A DNA stretch of 64,000 bases from Takakia lepidozioides. Its lineage: Eukaryota; Plantae; Bryophyta. The notes beneath the pieces are model-generated. The model was not told the DNA's origin and made no database searches. It saw only the letters and a program-made list of their open reading frames with translations. The stretch is from NCBI GenBank assembly GCA_030704615.1, contig CM060733.1, forward strand, positions 22,010,001-22,074,000. Reading direction: 5' to 3'. Numbering within the stretch: position 1 is the stretch's first letter; each line of letters opens with the position of its first letter. The translations under genes and the position numbers were made by a program. Shown here piece after piece: positions 11,858-24,921 of this stretch.

Positions 11858-14422
11858 CCCCCTTTGCAGAACGGTTGGCCGTCCAGGAGCAATCTTAAGC
11901 TACCTAGACGACAAACTATTCACATGCAAAGGGCTGGCGTGCGGCGGGCCACTTTCAACTTCTTGCCAAAGGTCAGGTGATTTTATTGGGTGACTTCAAT
12001 GCCCGGGTGGGTAAAGGTCTCCATCAGGATGATATCATTGGGCCGTTTGGTGAGGACGAGCTGAACTCTAATGGCAGACGGTTAATTAACTGTCTGGAAG
12101 AGCTTCAGCTTTTGGTTTTGAACAATAGGGACAAAGGTGACCAAGTGCAGTGGACGCGTGAGAAAGCCCAAACTGGGGAACGTTCCATTGTGGATTATAT
12201 CATAATGGACAAAAATTTGTTTCCTCAGAGTGCCAATGTGTTGATCGACAGACCTGATATTGGTACCTCTGACCACTTCCTGGTTTGGACTCAGATCAAA
12301 AGGTGTTTTCCCAACACCAAGAGATCTGTGAAACGTTCGATTCGGAAGTGGCGCATAGAAAATTCCATAATGAAGAGGTCAAGGCTGAGTATGTCCAGGC
12401 CTTGCAAGAGGCTCTTCCTCATTTTGTCCATTCGCTCCAAGACCTTCAGTCTTGCGCAGACAATGCAAGAAATGAAGTCGAAAGAGCAGTGGATTCTTGG
12501 GAGAATTTTGTCTCCTCTGCGGCTGACAAGATCATTGGGAGGAAACTAATTGTCTGCGGTAGAGCTGTTAATTGGTGGACCAATGAGATTAAACTCAAGA
12601 TAGCTGAGAGACGAGTCCTTTATAAAGAGTGCTGCAATTTGAATACCAACAAAGAATTGTGGACGAGGTACTACCAGATCCGTAAAGATATCAATCTGCT
12701 TGTAAGGGCTCAGAAGAGATTATATTGGACAAGTTATACAGTGAAATAAACTCAAACCACCATGGTGGTATTGACAAGAGATTCTGGTTGACCCTTCAAC
12801 GCTTGTACAAGCCGAAAAGCTGTCAGCAAGTACAAGCGCTGAAGACTACTAAGGGTGCAGTGGTAACTTCATCGGTTGACATTGTCAAAAACCTTTGAAG
12901 CCCACTACAGTATCCTTGGCAGAACTTCTAGGTCTAACAGTGAGGGGTCCTCTGATGAATGGAAGGACACACTGTTCCTATGATTCAAAACAGCCCTGAT
13001 GAACTGGAGGATATTTCAAAAGCCTACTACGCTTCCATTAGTTCTTCTGAGATTGTGGAAGCAATTGAACATCTAAATGGATATAAAGCAGGTGGTCCTG
13101 ATGGCATAGTCAACGAGCTTATCAAGCACGGTGGCGATCCCATGATAGAGCCCTAGTTCTCCTCTTTAACCGTATCTGGAAGACTGAAATGATCCCCTTT
13201 CGCTGGCGACAGGGGATCATTGTCAATCTATATAAGAAGGGTGACAGAGAAGACCCAGGGAACTATCGTGGCATCACGCTCCTCAATGCTGTTGGCAAGA
13301 TATTTTGCAGAGTTATAAGTACTCGTCTCGAGGTTGATCTGGAATCTAGAGGTTGTTTTCACGAAGGCCAAGCTGGCTTTCGGTGAAACAGGGGCCAGAT
13401 TATCTTCACTCTAAGCCAGATTATCCAGGGAAGGAAAAAAGAAGGGAAACCCACTTATGTTTTTTTCTTGGATGTCAAAAAGGCTTATGCCACAGTGTGG
13501 AGAGATGGTCTATGGCTCCGCCTCTGGTCTTGCGGAATCAAGGGAAAAATGTGGATAGTTGTCCATAACTTGTATGCCCACACCAAAAGCTGTGTCACTG
13601 TTAATGGACAGAAGTCTAACTTCTTTGACATAGACCAAGGTGTAGCTCAAGGATGTACGCTCTCCCCTCTGCTCTTCAATGTTTTCATCAATCAACTCCT
13701 CAAGGATGTTGAACGTGAGGGATTTCGGTTAAGGGTGGGTGATGCCACCATTCCAGCCCTTATGTTTGCGGATGACTTTGCAGGCATAGGGGAGACTCCT
13801 TCCAACCTCCAGGAATTGATTGATTGCGCGAAGAGATACTTGATCTTTGGGGGCTAGAGGCTAATGTCAGTAAATGTGCAGTGGTGGCATTCAACGACAG
13901 AGGAGAGGGAGGAAGTGATCTTAAGTGGCAGTGGGGTAGCCAAGAGATCCCAGTCCTCCCTTCCTACACGTGCCTGGGCGTTGAGTTTTCCTCCAACTGT
14001 AACTGGGATGCACACATCCAGAAAGTTGTTCAAACTGGCAAGGGCAAAGCGCTGAGTCTCACTAAATTTTTTCACTGCAGAGGGATTAACTCTGAGGTCA
14101 AGAAAACCTTACTTTGCCGCGTCATTAGACCTGCCTTGGAGTACGGATCTCCTATATGGGTTGATAACTCCAACCAGGCTAAGTCTCTAGAATCCATTCA
14201 AGTGGGGGTGCTTAAGGAGTGCATGTCAGCATGCTCCAAAACAGCCAATGTGGCTGTTCGGGGTTAGTTTGGCATCCCTTAAGCTCCCGACGAGATGAAT
14301 TCAAGGTCAGATGGTGGGGTCAGTTGCAACACATGTCCAACACCAGATACCCTACGTTAATCGACTCTATATCTTGGAAACAGGACCGCCCTGTCAAACA
14401 GGCTAAGTCCTGGCAGAAGAGA

Positions 14423-14490
14423 TTGTACTCATAAGACGTTGTTTGCCGTAGCCTTGTGGCCATTGACCCCGCGCCCAGTTTGAGCGGGAA
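14423..14490 (-). mobile_element. 68-bp extreme 3-prime end of the same LINE, inserted antisense into the host LINE
   Basis: Reverse complement of 11475-11542; 14-bp TSD CCTGGCAGAAGAGA at 14409-14422 and 14491-14504. Confidence 0.93.
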
Positions 14491-14795
14491 CCTGGCAGAA
14501 GAGAGTAGAAGAGATTCTCAAGGATCTGAATCTGGACCCGCAAGTCTTGACCTTGCTGGATAAATCTGACTTAGAGACTGTAGTGTTCAAAGCCATGTCT
14601 GTTACCAGCAAATTGTCTGATGCAAATGAAGTTAGGCAGAAAACTTCCCTGAACCTGTTTCCAGTCTGTGACACGGGGGAGGATCTCATGGATGACCTCA
14701 AGGGTCTACCCACTCTCGGCACCAGACTGAAATTTAAACTCAGGGCAGGAAGCCTACCTTTGAACAGTAAACAGAAGCAGAGAGGAAAGGGAGAG

Positions 14796-14821
14796 TAAAC
14801 CCTAAACCCTAAACCCTAAAC
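14796..14821. repeat. Interstitial plant telomeric tract (CCCTAAA)3
   Basis: TAAACCCTAAACCCTAAACCCTAAAC at a deletion junction in the LINE. Confidence 0.9.
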
Positions 14822-17800
14822 TTGTGAGGTAAGTCTTACTACCAATGTCAGCCCCTGACGGAGGTAGGTTCTGTCCCTTTGGTTTCCTTTCAAACTGGGC
14901 GCGGGTCAATGCCACAAGGCTACGGCAAATAACGTCTTATGAGTACATTCTTTATACCACCCCCTCTCCTCCCCTTTCTGTTGTCCACAAACCAGGCGTG
15001 GGATCTTTGGCCACAAGGCTACTTGTGTGCACTCACTGAGTGACTCTTGGTCTGTGAAGTAATTTGTATCCTGCGCTGATGGTTGATATTGGCAGCTCAC
15101 AACTGCTGCATTATGTCTCTTCACATTAGAGAGGCTGGTATATAAACTCCACCAGAGGTTTGATCAAGGCCGGGAAAAGGGCTGAAATTGAGCCTTGAGA
15201 CACAGGTGATCTTTAGCCGATAAATGAATGTGCATAAAACTCATCTGTGTTTCTCAGTTCACAGGAGTTTGTTGTTCATGTGGTTGGACGGCACAGGACG
15301 AATTATTGCATATGTGATGGCGAGAGGTTAAATCATCTATCGAATGTGTCACTCCATCAGGTGAAAGGATGGAGCCAGATCTTTTTAGCGTTTCTCTGTG
15401 TATCTGGACTTAAGCTGCATGTTAAGCTGGACTCTGACACATAAATTTGCACTCACAACTAACTTAAGAGGTGACTAATCTGCTGCAGTGGAGGTGGATG
15501 TGCTCTGTGTAGTGTGCGCTAAACATAGCTGTGCGTCTGTAGAGTAAGGAAGAAGCATGAGTAGTGTCTCCTGTTGTTCTATGATGGCAGGGGCTTCTCC
15601 ATGCAGGAGGGGCAACAGATTGCAAAAGCCTTTTTGTTAATCGATGGTGATGGCTGTGGGGAATAGTTTCCCTCCTTCACAGTTGGCTCCTTCAGTTGAG
15701 AGTGAGTTTGAAACCCTTGAGCTTTCCTCATGTGAAGTTAGGTCCTCATGTGGTGTATAACAGCTCCCTGATATTCTGGCAGACAACAGGAGCAAAGACA
15801 GAAAGGGAAGTTTGTGTCTCTCACTGCAATGTGTCTGTGTACTTTCTATGCCCTTGTTTCACCTCAATTTCCATAGCTAGAGGTATGTGTCCTGTTTGGA
15901 ATTTCTTATGACCAGAAAGAATCATAGACGTAGCATCTGCCTATGATGTCTCTTTCCAATGGACATGGAGACCACCTTGTTGAATTAAGGCAACGCCAAA
16001 TGGTCATAATCTAGCTACCAAGTGACCCGGGGTATCATGAAAAAAGCTGATTAGTGGGCTGTCTAGATATCAAGGTCTTAAAAAGGGCTCCGCAAAGAGT
16101 CCAGGTCACACAATTTGCGAACTTCAAACATAGACTACCTACATGATGGAGGCAGAGTGTGAAAGGTGGAGGAATTCATTCCAGCATGTCTTCTCTTTGC
16201 TTCTAGTGCTGAAACGTCAGGAGCAAATATTAGGTCACAGTAAATGTAGGAAAATCTGTGGGGGCTTTACCTCATCCCATTGTTTCATCTCATACAGTGC
16301 AAAGTGGTTCAGGGTATACCACACTGCATGCCTTTGTCTGTTGTTTATCTAATACATTTCTTGCCTGTCTCAATTTTGGCTACTTAGGTTGGCGTGACCT
16401 GCAACACACATGGACAACTAGAGGATCGAGCCAGTCTGACTTGAAATAGTGGAGGATGCACCCATTCCTCTTCCTTTTTGTCCGGCATCTTGACAAAGCC
16501 ACAGTTCCACGCCTGCAGGTATTAACAGTCTTCCGTTTGCTCATTGTTTTCCTCTTTGCTTAAGAGGAGAGAAATGGTGGCTGTGTGCAATGTAGACCAG
16601 GCCTGGTGTAGGCTTGTTGCTTGGAATATGATAGAGTGGAGGAAAGAGCCATTTACTGTGTAGTCACTGTCAAAGGAAAGGTTGTTGCAGGTATCTTAAC
16701 ACACCATTGTATTAAAGGCAGTTAGATTCTAAGTCTTGGGAATAAAATGGCTATCCCCTGAGCACAAAGAGTGGTAGCGAGATTCATCCTGCGAAGACAG
16801 GTATGCTGCGATGCTCTGGTGAGCAGGTGAAGTCCAAACTGCTCTCAATGGTACCCGACGATTCCACCTTATTTCGTTGTAGTCAATGTTGATGACCCAC
16901 AAAGGTCTGGTAATCTGGTTACTGGGGTGCAAAGATGACCAATATTCATGCAAGTGATGGCTCCTGGATGACATAAGGGTTTCATTGCTGGTACAGAATG
17001 GAAGAGGCCCACACACGAAAGAACTTACCTGAAGGGCATCCCCCATGAAGAATGCAAGAATCTAGTGACTTAGACCTTTCAACATGCAGAAAAGAGATCT
17101 AGTGAAAGTTCAATTAGTGGCAATAAAAGCATAAAAAACAGTCTATCTGGTAATAGTGGCATTCATTTTACTCTCGTCACACATGTGGGACATCCAGGAG
17201 GGGTAGATTGACATTGAGAGATTGACATTGCCTGTTACCGCTTTAAATTTTTGTCATAGTCCACGCCCACTTTGTATAGTGCCCTTTTACTAATGTTTGG
17301 TGAAATCTTCTAAGTGATCAGGTCCGATACTCTGAAGAAGACTTTTTGAAGATCTCATTTGTGAATGGGTCTGGATTTGTGAGTGCTATTGTCCAGTGCT
17401 TTTCTAGGAAATGGCAGTGTTGAGTGTGGGTCATGTCTTCGAGTGTTTACCCTCCGATCTCCAACCTTCCCGAAGTGCCACAGACCAGCTCTTGGTGGTG
17501 GGTATTAGCAGTGTTACAGCATTGTGCACCTCGGGTACATTTTATACTCTACAAGATGTGTGGGAGACCTACTTGCCTTCTAATCCCGCCGGGCATTTTG
17601 TATATGATTCGTTTTTTTTTTAATTTTAAAGAACAGGGACCGTGGCCCTGGAAAATTTTATTAATAAAAGCAAGGGAGTACATGATAGAAAACGAGGAAA
17701 AAATAACCCTGCGAGAAAATCCATGAGGAAGAAAAATGGGGCACCCGCTCCGAAACCAGAACCAGGGACCATGGATGAGAAGGACTGCAAGGAGGGGGGT

Positions 17801-18248
17801 GGGGAACTAAGAGGAGGGGGAATGACCTATTCCTAGTAATGAACTTTAGTGCTGCGGTGCACACTTGCAACGGCAATAGAATTATTGATTTGCATTGTCA
17901 TCGGGTGTCTAGAGGGCAAGTATGAAAATAAAGTAACCCCACCTTCAAAGGGAGATCGTTAACCGCACGTCACTACCCTAACACTAGTCATAGCTAAGAA
18001 ACAAACTAATCATGAAAAATTGTCCTTTTTCAAATTTATGGAGTGACGGCAAGTGGAGCTTCTGCCTGCCTTCACAAAGTTTGCAAAGCTTTCAATAACC
18101 TTGAAACGATCTGGTGACAACAAACCCTAAGTACTTAAACCTCACTATCAGCAAACTCAGGCCGCAGAGCCCTAAGAAACTCAGACCGCCACAGGAAAAC
18201 CTAAATTATCCCGATGACAAAACCCCAATGACAGGGAGAAGGGTTTAC

Positions 18249-18474
18249 CACTGCCTTTACTTGTGTCTGTTGTTGAAGGAACATCAACCTGCTTAAAGGT
18301 ATAGTCTCCTGGGTCCGATGAATCGCTCCCAAGCAGCAGAACTCCCTCTTGATCAAACAAATCCCCATTACGCCGTAGAGCATTCAAAACATCCGCAGCT
18401 GTCTTAGGAGCGCGGAGCTTGGCGATCTCAGAGCCGCCTTCTTGAATGAAAATGAGATCCTGCCTTGTGCCCAT
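18249..18474 (-). CDS. Probable first exon encoding a small N-terminal domain of the kind found on Crinkler-like proteins; downstream exons not resolved
   Basis: ATG-initiated MGTRQDLIFIQEGG...DLFDQEGVLLLGSDSSDPGDYTFK followed by a GT donor; family assignment is by resemblance only. Confidence 0.3.
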
Positions 18475-19627
18475 GAGTTGCTATCAGACTAGCACTGCAA
18501 CGGGAATGAACTCCGCGAACGCAAGGTGTAAAGAAAGAAAGACGGGCACAGATCGAGCGCTCAGGAGGGGAGAAATTCGCGTGAGGACCTAGAGTGGGGA
18601 GCGGAATAACTCAATGTCAAGAGGACGTGCACTCACCATAATGTTGCATAAAGGACTACACAATTTAGACCATTTAGCGTGGGGGGCGGGCCCCGGGGAG
18701 ATTTTTGGGCATAGCCGGTTGAGATCCTGATGTTTCCAAGTCCAACCGGTTATATGTTGATATCTTTCCTAGATTCATCTAAAATGATCGGTAATTTTCC
18801 TGCAGTCTTGAACTTCAACCGGTTATTTTTCCAAACAAAACCCTGGCACACTACCTACTCGTCAAAAACACTCTCCCAGCAAAATCCACGAGATCCCGTC
18901 TACTCGAAACCCTAAACATCGTCCAAAAACGAACGCACCTCCCTCCAAACATCGCTCCCGCAACTTGCCCCTTACTACGCAGATAGCATATAAGCAACTA
19001 TAAGCGCGCCACCTAACACAAACTAGAATCTAGAATACCTGAAATTGCTCCCGCTTCCTGTAAACTCTGTTGTCACTCCACACCACGCGCCACAACCTCC
19101 CGCTCCAATGATTATTAAACCGCAGCAGAAAAGTGCAGAAGTGAGTAAGCGAGCCAAAAAGAGACGGCAGATATGATAAACGGTGGTATGAGCAAAATGC
19201 AAGAGAGCAGAGCAAAATGAGAGAGACCAAGTGAGAGCAAAGTGAGAGCAGAGAGAAGAATGAGCGACAATGAGCGCTCGAGGAGGTGGTCAATCCCCCC
19301 CCCCCACAAAAAAAAAAACCCCTAATTACAGGAGTTCTCATCCGTCCGATCAGGACAATCTGACGGCCAGCATCTCCACAGCCAACTCTGAATTGCACCT
19401 TGAAGGTCATCCAAAAATGAAGTTACAGGCCATACATACAGCCAACACTCCAGAGGACACCCATCGGGGTTTTGTCGGGACATGCGTTTGACATAATCAG
19501 GACATGACTGAGCATTTTCTTGACACCAAGATAGATGTGTCTCGTTTGGTTACTTATGTTAATTGGAAGCCTATGATTGAGTCGTATGTGCTTTTGCTGT
19601 CACGGCTCTAAGTGAATGGTGCCCATT

Positions 19628-20760
19628 TACACGGCGGTATTCGGCGGTGACGTTTCCGCAGAGGCCAAAGCTAGAACCCCCAACCATCATCCAATGCGTC
19701 AATGAGAGCTTCATTGACGCTCTGGCTGCCAGGGCGAAGAAGGTGGCACACATCAAGTCTCTGGAGGAGCCGAAGGAGAAAGCCAAGAAGAGGGTTGCCG
19801 GTAGAGAGCCTAAAGACACCCCTGGTTTGGAAGCCATGATGGAATTCTTCACGGCTGTGAGCACGGATTGCAAGAGCACTCGGGGGGGGGGGGGGGGTTC
19901 AGGTGGAGAGAGCTTGTGATATGATTCTCCTCGATATTCCAGATGGGGAGCTGCTGGAGGGCCTGGATGGTGTGCCCACCTGTTTACTGAGGACTACTGG
20001 AGAGCCGGGTTTGGGCTGGTTGCCACAAGAGGGAAGACCACAGAGAATGTTGTGGCAAGGTGGACACCGAAAAGTGTCACCCCGGTCCTCCTCAAAAAAT
20101 GGTTCTGCATTAATACACAGGGGGTTGCGAACAAAGGGCCAGAGTGTAAGTTATCAATCTATTGCATTCACTTCATATGGTGGTGTAATTAAACTAGACC
20201 CTGGAGTTGATCCCTCTTTTGTTGGATGTGCTTGTTTGAGGCGTATTCTTTTGTGAAGAGAGGGTCTACGTTCAAATTCCGCAAAGACAGTCGTCTTGTT
20301 GATGCCGATCTGGACCCTATTACCTACGATGTCCTCTACAACTATGTGCCCCACTCCAGTATGTCGAAGGACAAAAAGACAAGCAAATTGTGGCGGTACA
20401 GTCGGACCTAGAGCCCTGCTTTCATTCAAACCCTCATGGAGACGTGCTCAGATGTCCAAGGGCGGATTCTTGACCTCACATATGGCACGGGTAAGCCTTC
20501 ACGTGCACAGTTTGTCCCCTGGTCCGATTGCAATTGCATACCGCATGCTACTAACCGCCCGCTTTGTTCCTCAGGTGCTTCAATGTGGGCATGGATGTTG
20601 TCTGACACGCATGTCTTCGCCTTCGAGCCAGATATTGCCCTCCACAACTCCAAACTTGCAGCGGCTGAATGTTTGCCGAAAGAGGCATCCTCGGAGGATG
20701 AGGAAGAATCCGAGAAGGAGCAGGGGGAGGATAAGTTGGGGTCGAGGCCGAGGAACCCCC
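19628..20760 (+). pseudogene. Second, degenerate partial copy of the amino-methyltransferase region (paralogue of 43215-44403), introns retained
   Basis: Colinear DNA match to 43215-44403; encodes CDMILLDIPDG and ILDLTYGTG; several deletions and stops. Confidence 0.92.
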
Positions 20761-23693
20761 ATTCCCTTCAGATTTATCCCTTCAGTTCTATTGCATTGAG
20801 TTCCGATATGATTTTCTCCCTTCATATATTTCCCTTTAGTTCCATTGTATTCAATTAGGTCTTCTTCTCCTTCTTTAAGGGAAGTCTCAGCTTCACTAGT
20901 TCTTTTGTGTGTTTTCCATGTGCCCATGTCCTCACTGTAGGTGTTTCGTGGCAAGGTTCATGGGCTTTGCTACCTGGTATCGTCAACTAACTAGCTTTCC
21001 CAGCTGTGGATCTCAGGGTGTGATACCATTCTTTGTGCACCTCATGGCTGTACACATGGTTATTTTTCATTTTTTTAATATGATGTAAAAGCCTCGTCTC
21101 CTTTTTTTAGTCTTAAACAAAAAAAAACTGCAACCCCAAAGGCCTATTTTAACATAGATTTCTAGAGAACAAAACTCAAGATGTGGTCATACATTTCATC
21201 CTATGCCCAAGCAGGTCATTGTTTTACATGAACTAATGTAGGTAACCTTCCCCATTTTTTAAATATGTTACGTCCAAAACTCTATGTAATCACGTCCATC
21301 CTCAACAATGGTAAGAATGTACAGTGGAGTAACAATATGCTTTAGAACAAGTGTTATGTGCATGGGATTAGTCATGACCTTCCCAAGCCCCAGTGTGAGA
21401 GACATCCAACTTGGGTAAATATTGGAGCTCCTTTATAAATTCATTTGCAGCTCATTGGTAGCATTGGCAACAACCAATCTCCGTCTCTTTGAATCTTCTT
21501 ATCTACAGATTCAAGAGACTTGGACAACTTTGTCCCATTCTTCTCCCTTCAAACAAATAATGGTTTATCTCTTGTCCACAATGAGACTGCACTTTGTGCA
21601 ACCACAGCCGAGTGTGCCAATTCTGCTTGAATTAGCAAAGCCAAATTTGACACATATATTTTGGGGATGATGCTAGCAATTAGACCAGCAATATGACCGT
21701 GCAAGTCAAGGAGGCCCAACGTTGACAACTAACACAATTAGAACCATTGTCCAAGGGATTACAATGGGCACTAACACACCTTCCTAAATGAAAATCATAC
21801 TATATATACGCCCTCGTGGTACTAATGCCTAATAGTGAAGAGTTCATCACTCGTGTAGTCAGCGACTGTTAGAAATTACTATTTGTCAGGTGGTGGGAGT
21901 CTTCTGCCAAAAGTCAACATGCACAAATGGGTGATCCCCATTTTTAAATAAGTATAGATCAAAGTGGATCGTTCGCAATGTGGTCACCACGTTGAAGATG
22001 TAGGATCCATTCTTCTTTGAATGTTTTGGTAGGGGAAACAATCAAGTCAGCTATATTGGTCCTGCTCTCAACTATATTCATGCCATGAAGTAAATCACAT
22101 AGCCAACGTAAAAAGATTGTGAAAAGGCATAAAACCCAGACACACGTGAGGAAAATGTTGTTGCGCACATCAAAGACAGCGAGTCGCGAAGACGAAGAAT
22201 GTGCGTTCTCAGAAAACGAACTACCAGTTGGAACTTGAGACACCATCCTAGAGTACGAATACAGAACAACAAAACCGCTAATAACGAATAGCGGGAGAAA
22301 ACTACGTAACTCCGGAATCCTTTTATCTGCTAGTCACTCTTCGTCACAGTATATATTAATAATGTGTATTGTTGATCTCTTAGATGACTCTGATATGATA
22401 ACTTGAGCCAATAGCACCGTCACAAATAAGAGAAAAATAAAGAAGAAAAAAATTCCACAAATAATTGTAAACTGCAAAACAAACTTATGAGATCAAAGTT
22501 GTGAGAAACAACAAACAAATGAACTGATAATCTTATGATGTAATTGTCGGTTATTGTTGAGCTAGTACTAGGGTATTGTCCTTACTTCTCAACTACCTCA
22601 ACGTGTTTAATTATATTTCCATTGGCGTACAAATAAATATTTGATAATTTTTTATTTTCCCCCTTAAACTTTCAACTTCTCAAACAATCCAAAATAATAC
22701 ATGAACTAAAATCAAGGAAAAAAGACACATGAGCGAAGGTATTGGTGTAGTTAATCCTTCTCGGCAACATTGGTTATATGACAGATTTTGTCGCCGGATC
22801 CCTCAAAGGTTTTATGTTGTATCCTAATATTCTCAGTTTACTTCATTTATTATGGAAAATATATACTCAGTGATGGGTTGTAGATCGATGCTCTCTTTAT
22901 TCTTTGATGTTTTTTGTCTCATTCAGTTTGTTTCAACAAGCTTTGGAACAATTTTCCACATTTGGTCGCTTTTCCGGCTCACTTGAATGCTTCACTTAGC
23001 TCTTGGTCACTTAATGGACTTTCATCACTCTTAGAAAATATACTACTCATATGTACTTGGCGAGGATCTCCCAGTTTTAGAATGCCACCACAGATACCTC
23101 GATTCCCTAGGAGGAGCTGCAGTGAGTCATGAGACTCTCCCACGACTCCCACCTCACCGTTTTCGAGTTTCATTATGTGATCTTGATTTTTTTCAATTGA
23201 ATTTGAGGTTTTTTTTGTTAAGCTTTGCATTGGTAGGTGCATATCGGTTAGCGCCAATGCAATGAGGTACACCAAATCTTTCCTAAAGTCGGCGGCTAAT
23301 TTGTGGAGTCTCTCAGATGGCCTCCACATTTGGTGGGCTGGCCATGACAATTTGTAAGATAACTTTCTATTAATAAGAGATATCATTGTCCGTAAAATGT
23401 CATAGATTGTGGAAGATTGGTTGGTTTCCATGTTTGCCTGATGTGAAGTTACATATGTTCTCTTATGATGCATCTATTATGGTCCTGATTGGACAAAACT
23501 TCCACCTTATTTGTATTTTGTGATGGTAGAGAAGCAAGTGAGAGTCTGTGGTGCATCTAAAAGGTTAGAGACCTGATCATACCAGGTCTTGAAACCAGCG
23601 TTTTTGAATCTGATAGAGGTTGCACAGGCCCAGGCTGTCAGCCATTTGAGTGGAAGGGCTTGCAACCTTGTAAAAAAGATTGTAAGCCAGCAG

Positions 23694-24187
23694 TGTCGCG
23701 CACCTCACTTCGGTAAGCTCCCCTTCAAGTCATAGTTACTCGCTTTGATGCGCGCGCCTAACTCCCGACCTAGCCGCCGGGCCAACTCGAAGCTTCGGCT
23801 GCTCACCAGAACATAACGGTCCCCCTTTCTTCCCCCAACAGACCCTCCACCAATTTGGGCCTAGTGGAAACTCCCTTTGGTAGATGGCAGTCCGGAATAG
23901 CTCCCCACTCCTTGGTCGCTTTCCAGCTCGCTCGCTTATTCACTAGTTTTTGGTCACCAATGCGCTTGCACCGTTCTCGGGGTTACTACTCCCTATATAT
24001 ACTTCTGTGACTGTCCGCGGGGGTTTCACAAACAACCATGTCATTTTATGGCGAACCACCACGAAGACCCTCGATTCCCGGTGATGAGTCACGGTGAGTC
24101 TTGGCCCACCCACCACGGCAAGACTCCCCACGACTCACACCACAAGGTCTCCGTCCCATGGTGAGTCCTGTGCCACCCCCACTAAGT
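23694..24187 (-). mobile_element. Truncated, diverged LTR of the gypsy family
   Basis: Begins TGTCGCGCACCTCACTTCGG like 35340; similarity ends at ...CCCCACTAAGT. Confidence 0.92.
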
Positions 24188-24330
24188 ACTGCAAGTAAAA
24201 AAATATTAAAACATTATTTTAATGGGATGTGTCAGGGAAAAAAACAAAAAAAAAACATTATAATATTCATTGTTTGAAGTCGAAATTGTAGTTTTGAGAG
24301 CCGTACTCATGATATTTCGTCTCCCGCTCA

Positions 24331-24650
24331 ATGGCGCCGAATTTCGCGGTAATAGGTTCCGCAAGCAGAAAAATCGGCGATGTATTGTGCGGTAATAGGT
24401 GTCTCCGACGAAAAATGGTACCGAATTTCGCGGTTATAGGTCCCAACTTCATTGAAGTGTAAGCCCAAAATTTGGAAATGTGGCGCCGAATTTTGGTACA
24501 TGGTGCCGGACATTGCACAAATGTTGGGCAGTTCTGGGCCATGTAACTGGAAATTCGGCACCATTTTTCCAGACATCGTTTCCAGACAATGTTAGGACTT
24601 AACCAGTTTTCGGCCCAAGAAAGGGAAATTCGGTGCCATTTTTCCAGAAA
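24331..24650. repeat. Cluster of degenerate GAAATTCGGCGCCGAATTTC palindromes downstream of the transposase
   Basis: ATGGCGCCGAATTTCGC, AAATGGTACCGAATTTCG, TGGCGCCGAATTTT, GGAAATTCGGCACCATTTTTCC, GGAAATTCGGTGCCATTTTTCC. Confidence 0.8.
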
Positions 24651-24921
24651 TGGCCCCCTCAACTACAACTGTTGGAACTCAGTTTTCTGGAAGATTTGCA
24701 AATTTTTCCTGACGCCGTCTTTGTATTGATTCTGTTTCGACATTGAATTGCCACTGGATGTCAACGGATATCCAGCAGTCCCTAGTGTTTAAAAGACATC
24801 ACTTTAATATTGTCTGTCTCATTCCAGGAGTTTTGGGGTGCAATTTGTTACACTGCAAAACAAAGTCTAATGCATCAAAATGCAATTGCAAATATCCATA
24901 TGGTGGATTCCCTTTTCCCCA

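Larger units (their letters stand above)
10200..14947 (+). mobile_element. Degenerate LINE (ORF1-like region, APE endonuclease, RT); 5-prime end approximate
   Basis: APE motifs ILLGDFNARVG, IVDYII, SDHFLV (11977-12290); RT motifs YRGITLLN, FLDVKKAY, QGVAQGCTLSPLLFNVFI, LMFADDF (13260-13780); multiple frameshifts; ends TTATGAGTACA at 14947. Confidence 0.95.

Noticed and set aside
22979-23473. 164-aa minus-strand ORF
   Set aside because: No recognisable motif or splice structure; cannot assign a product.
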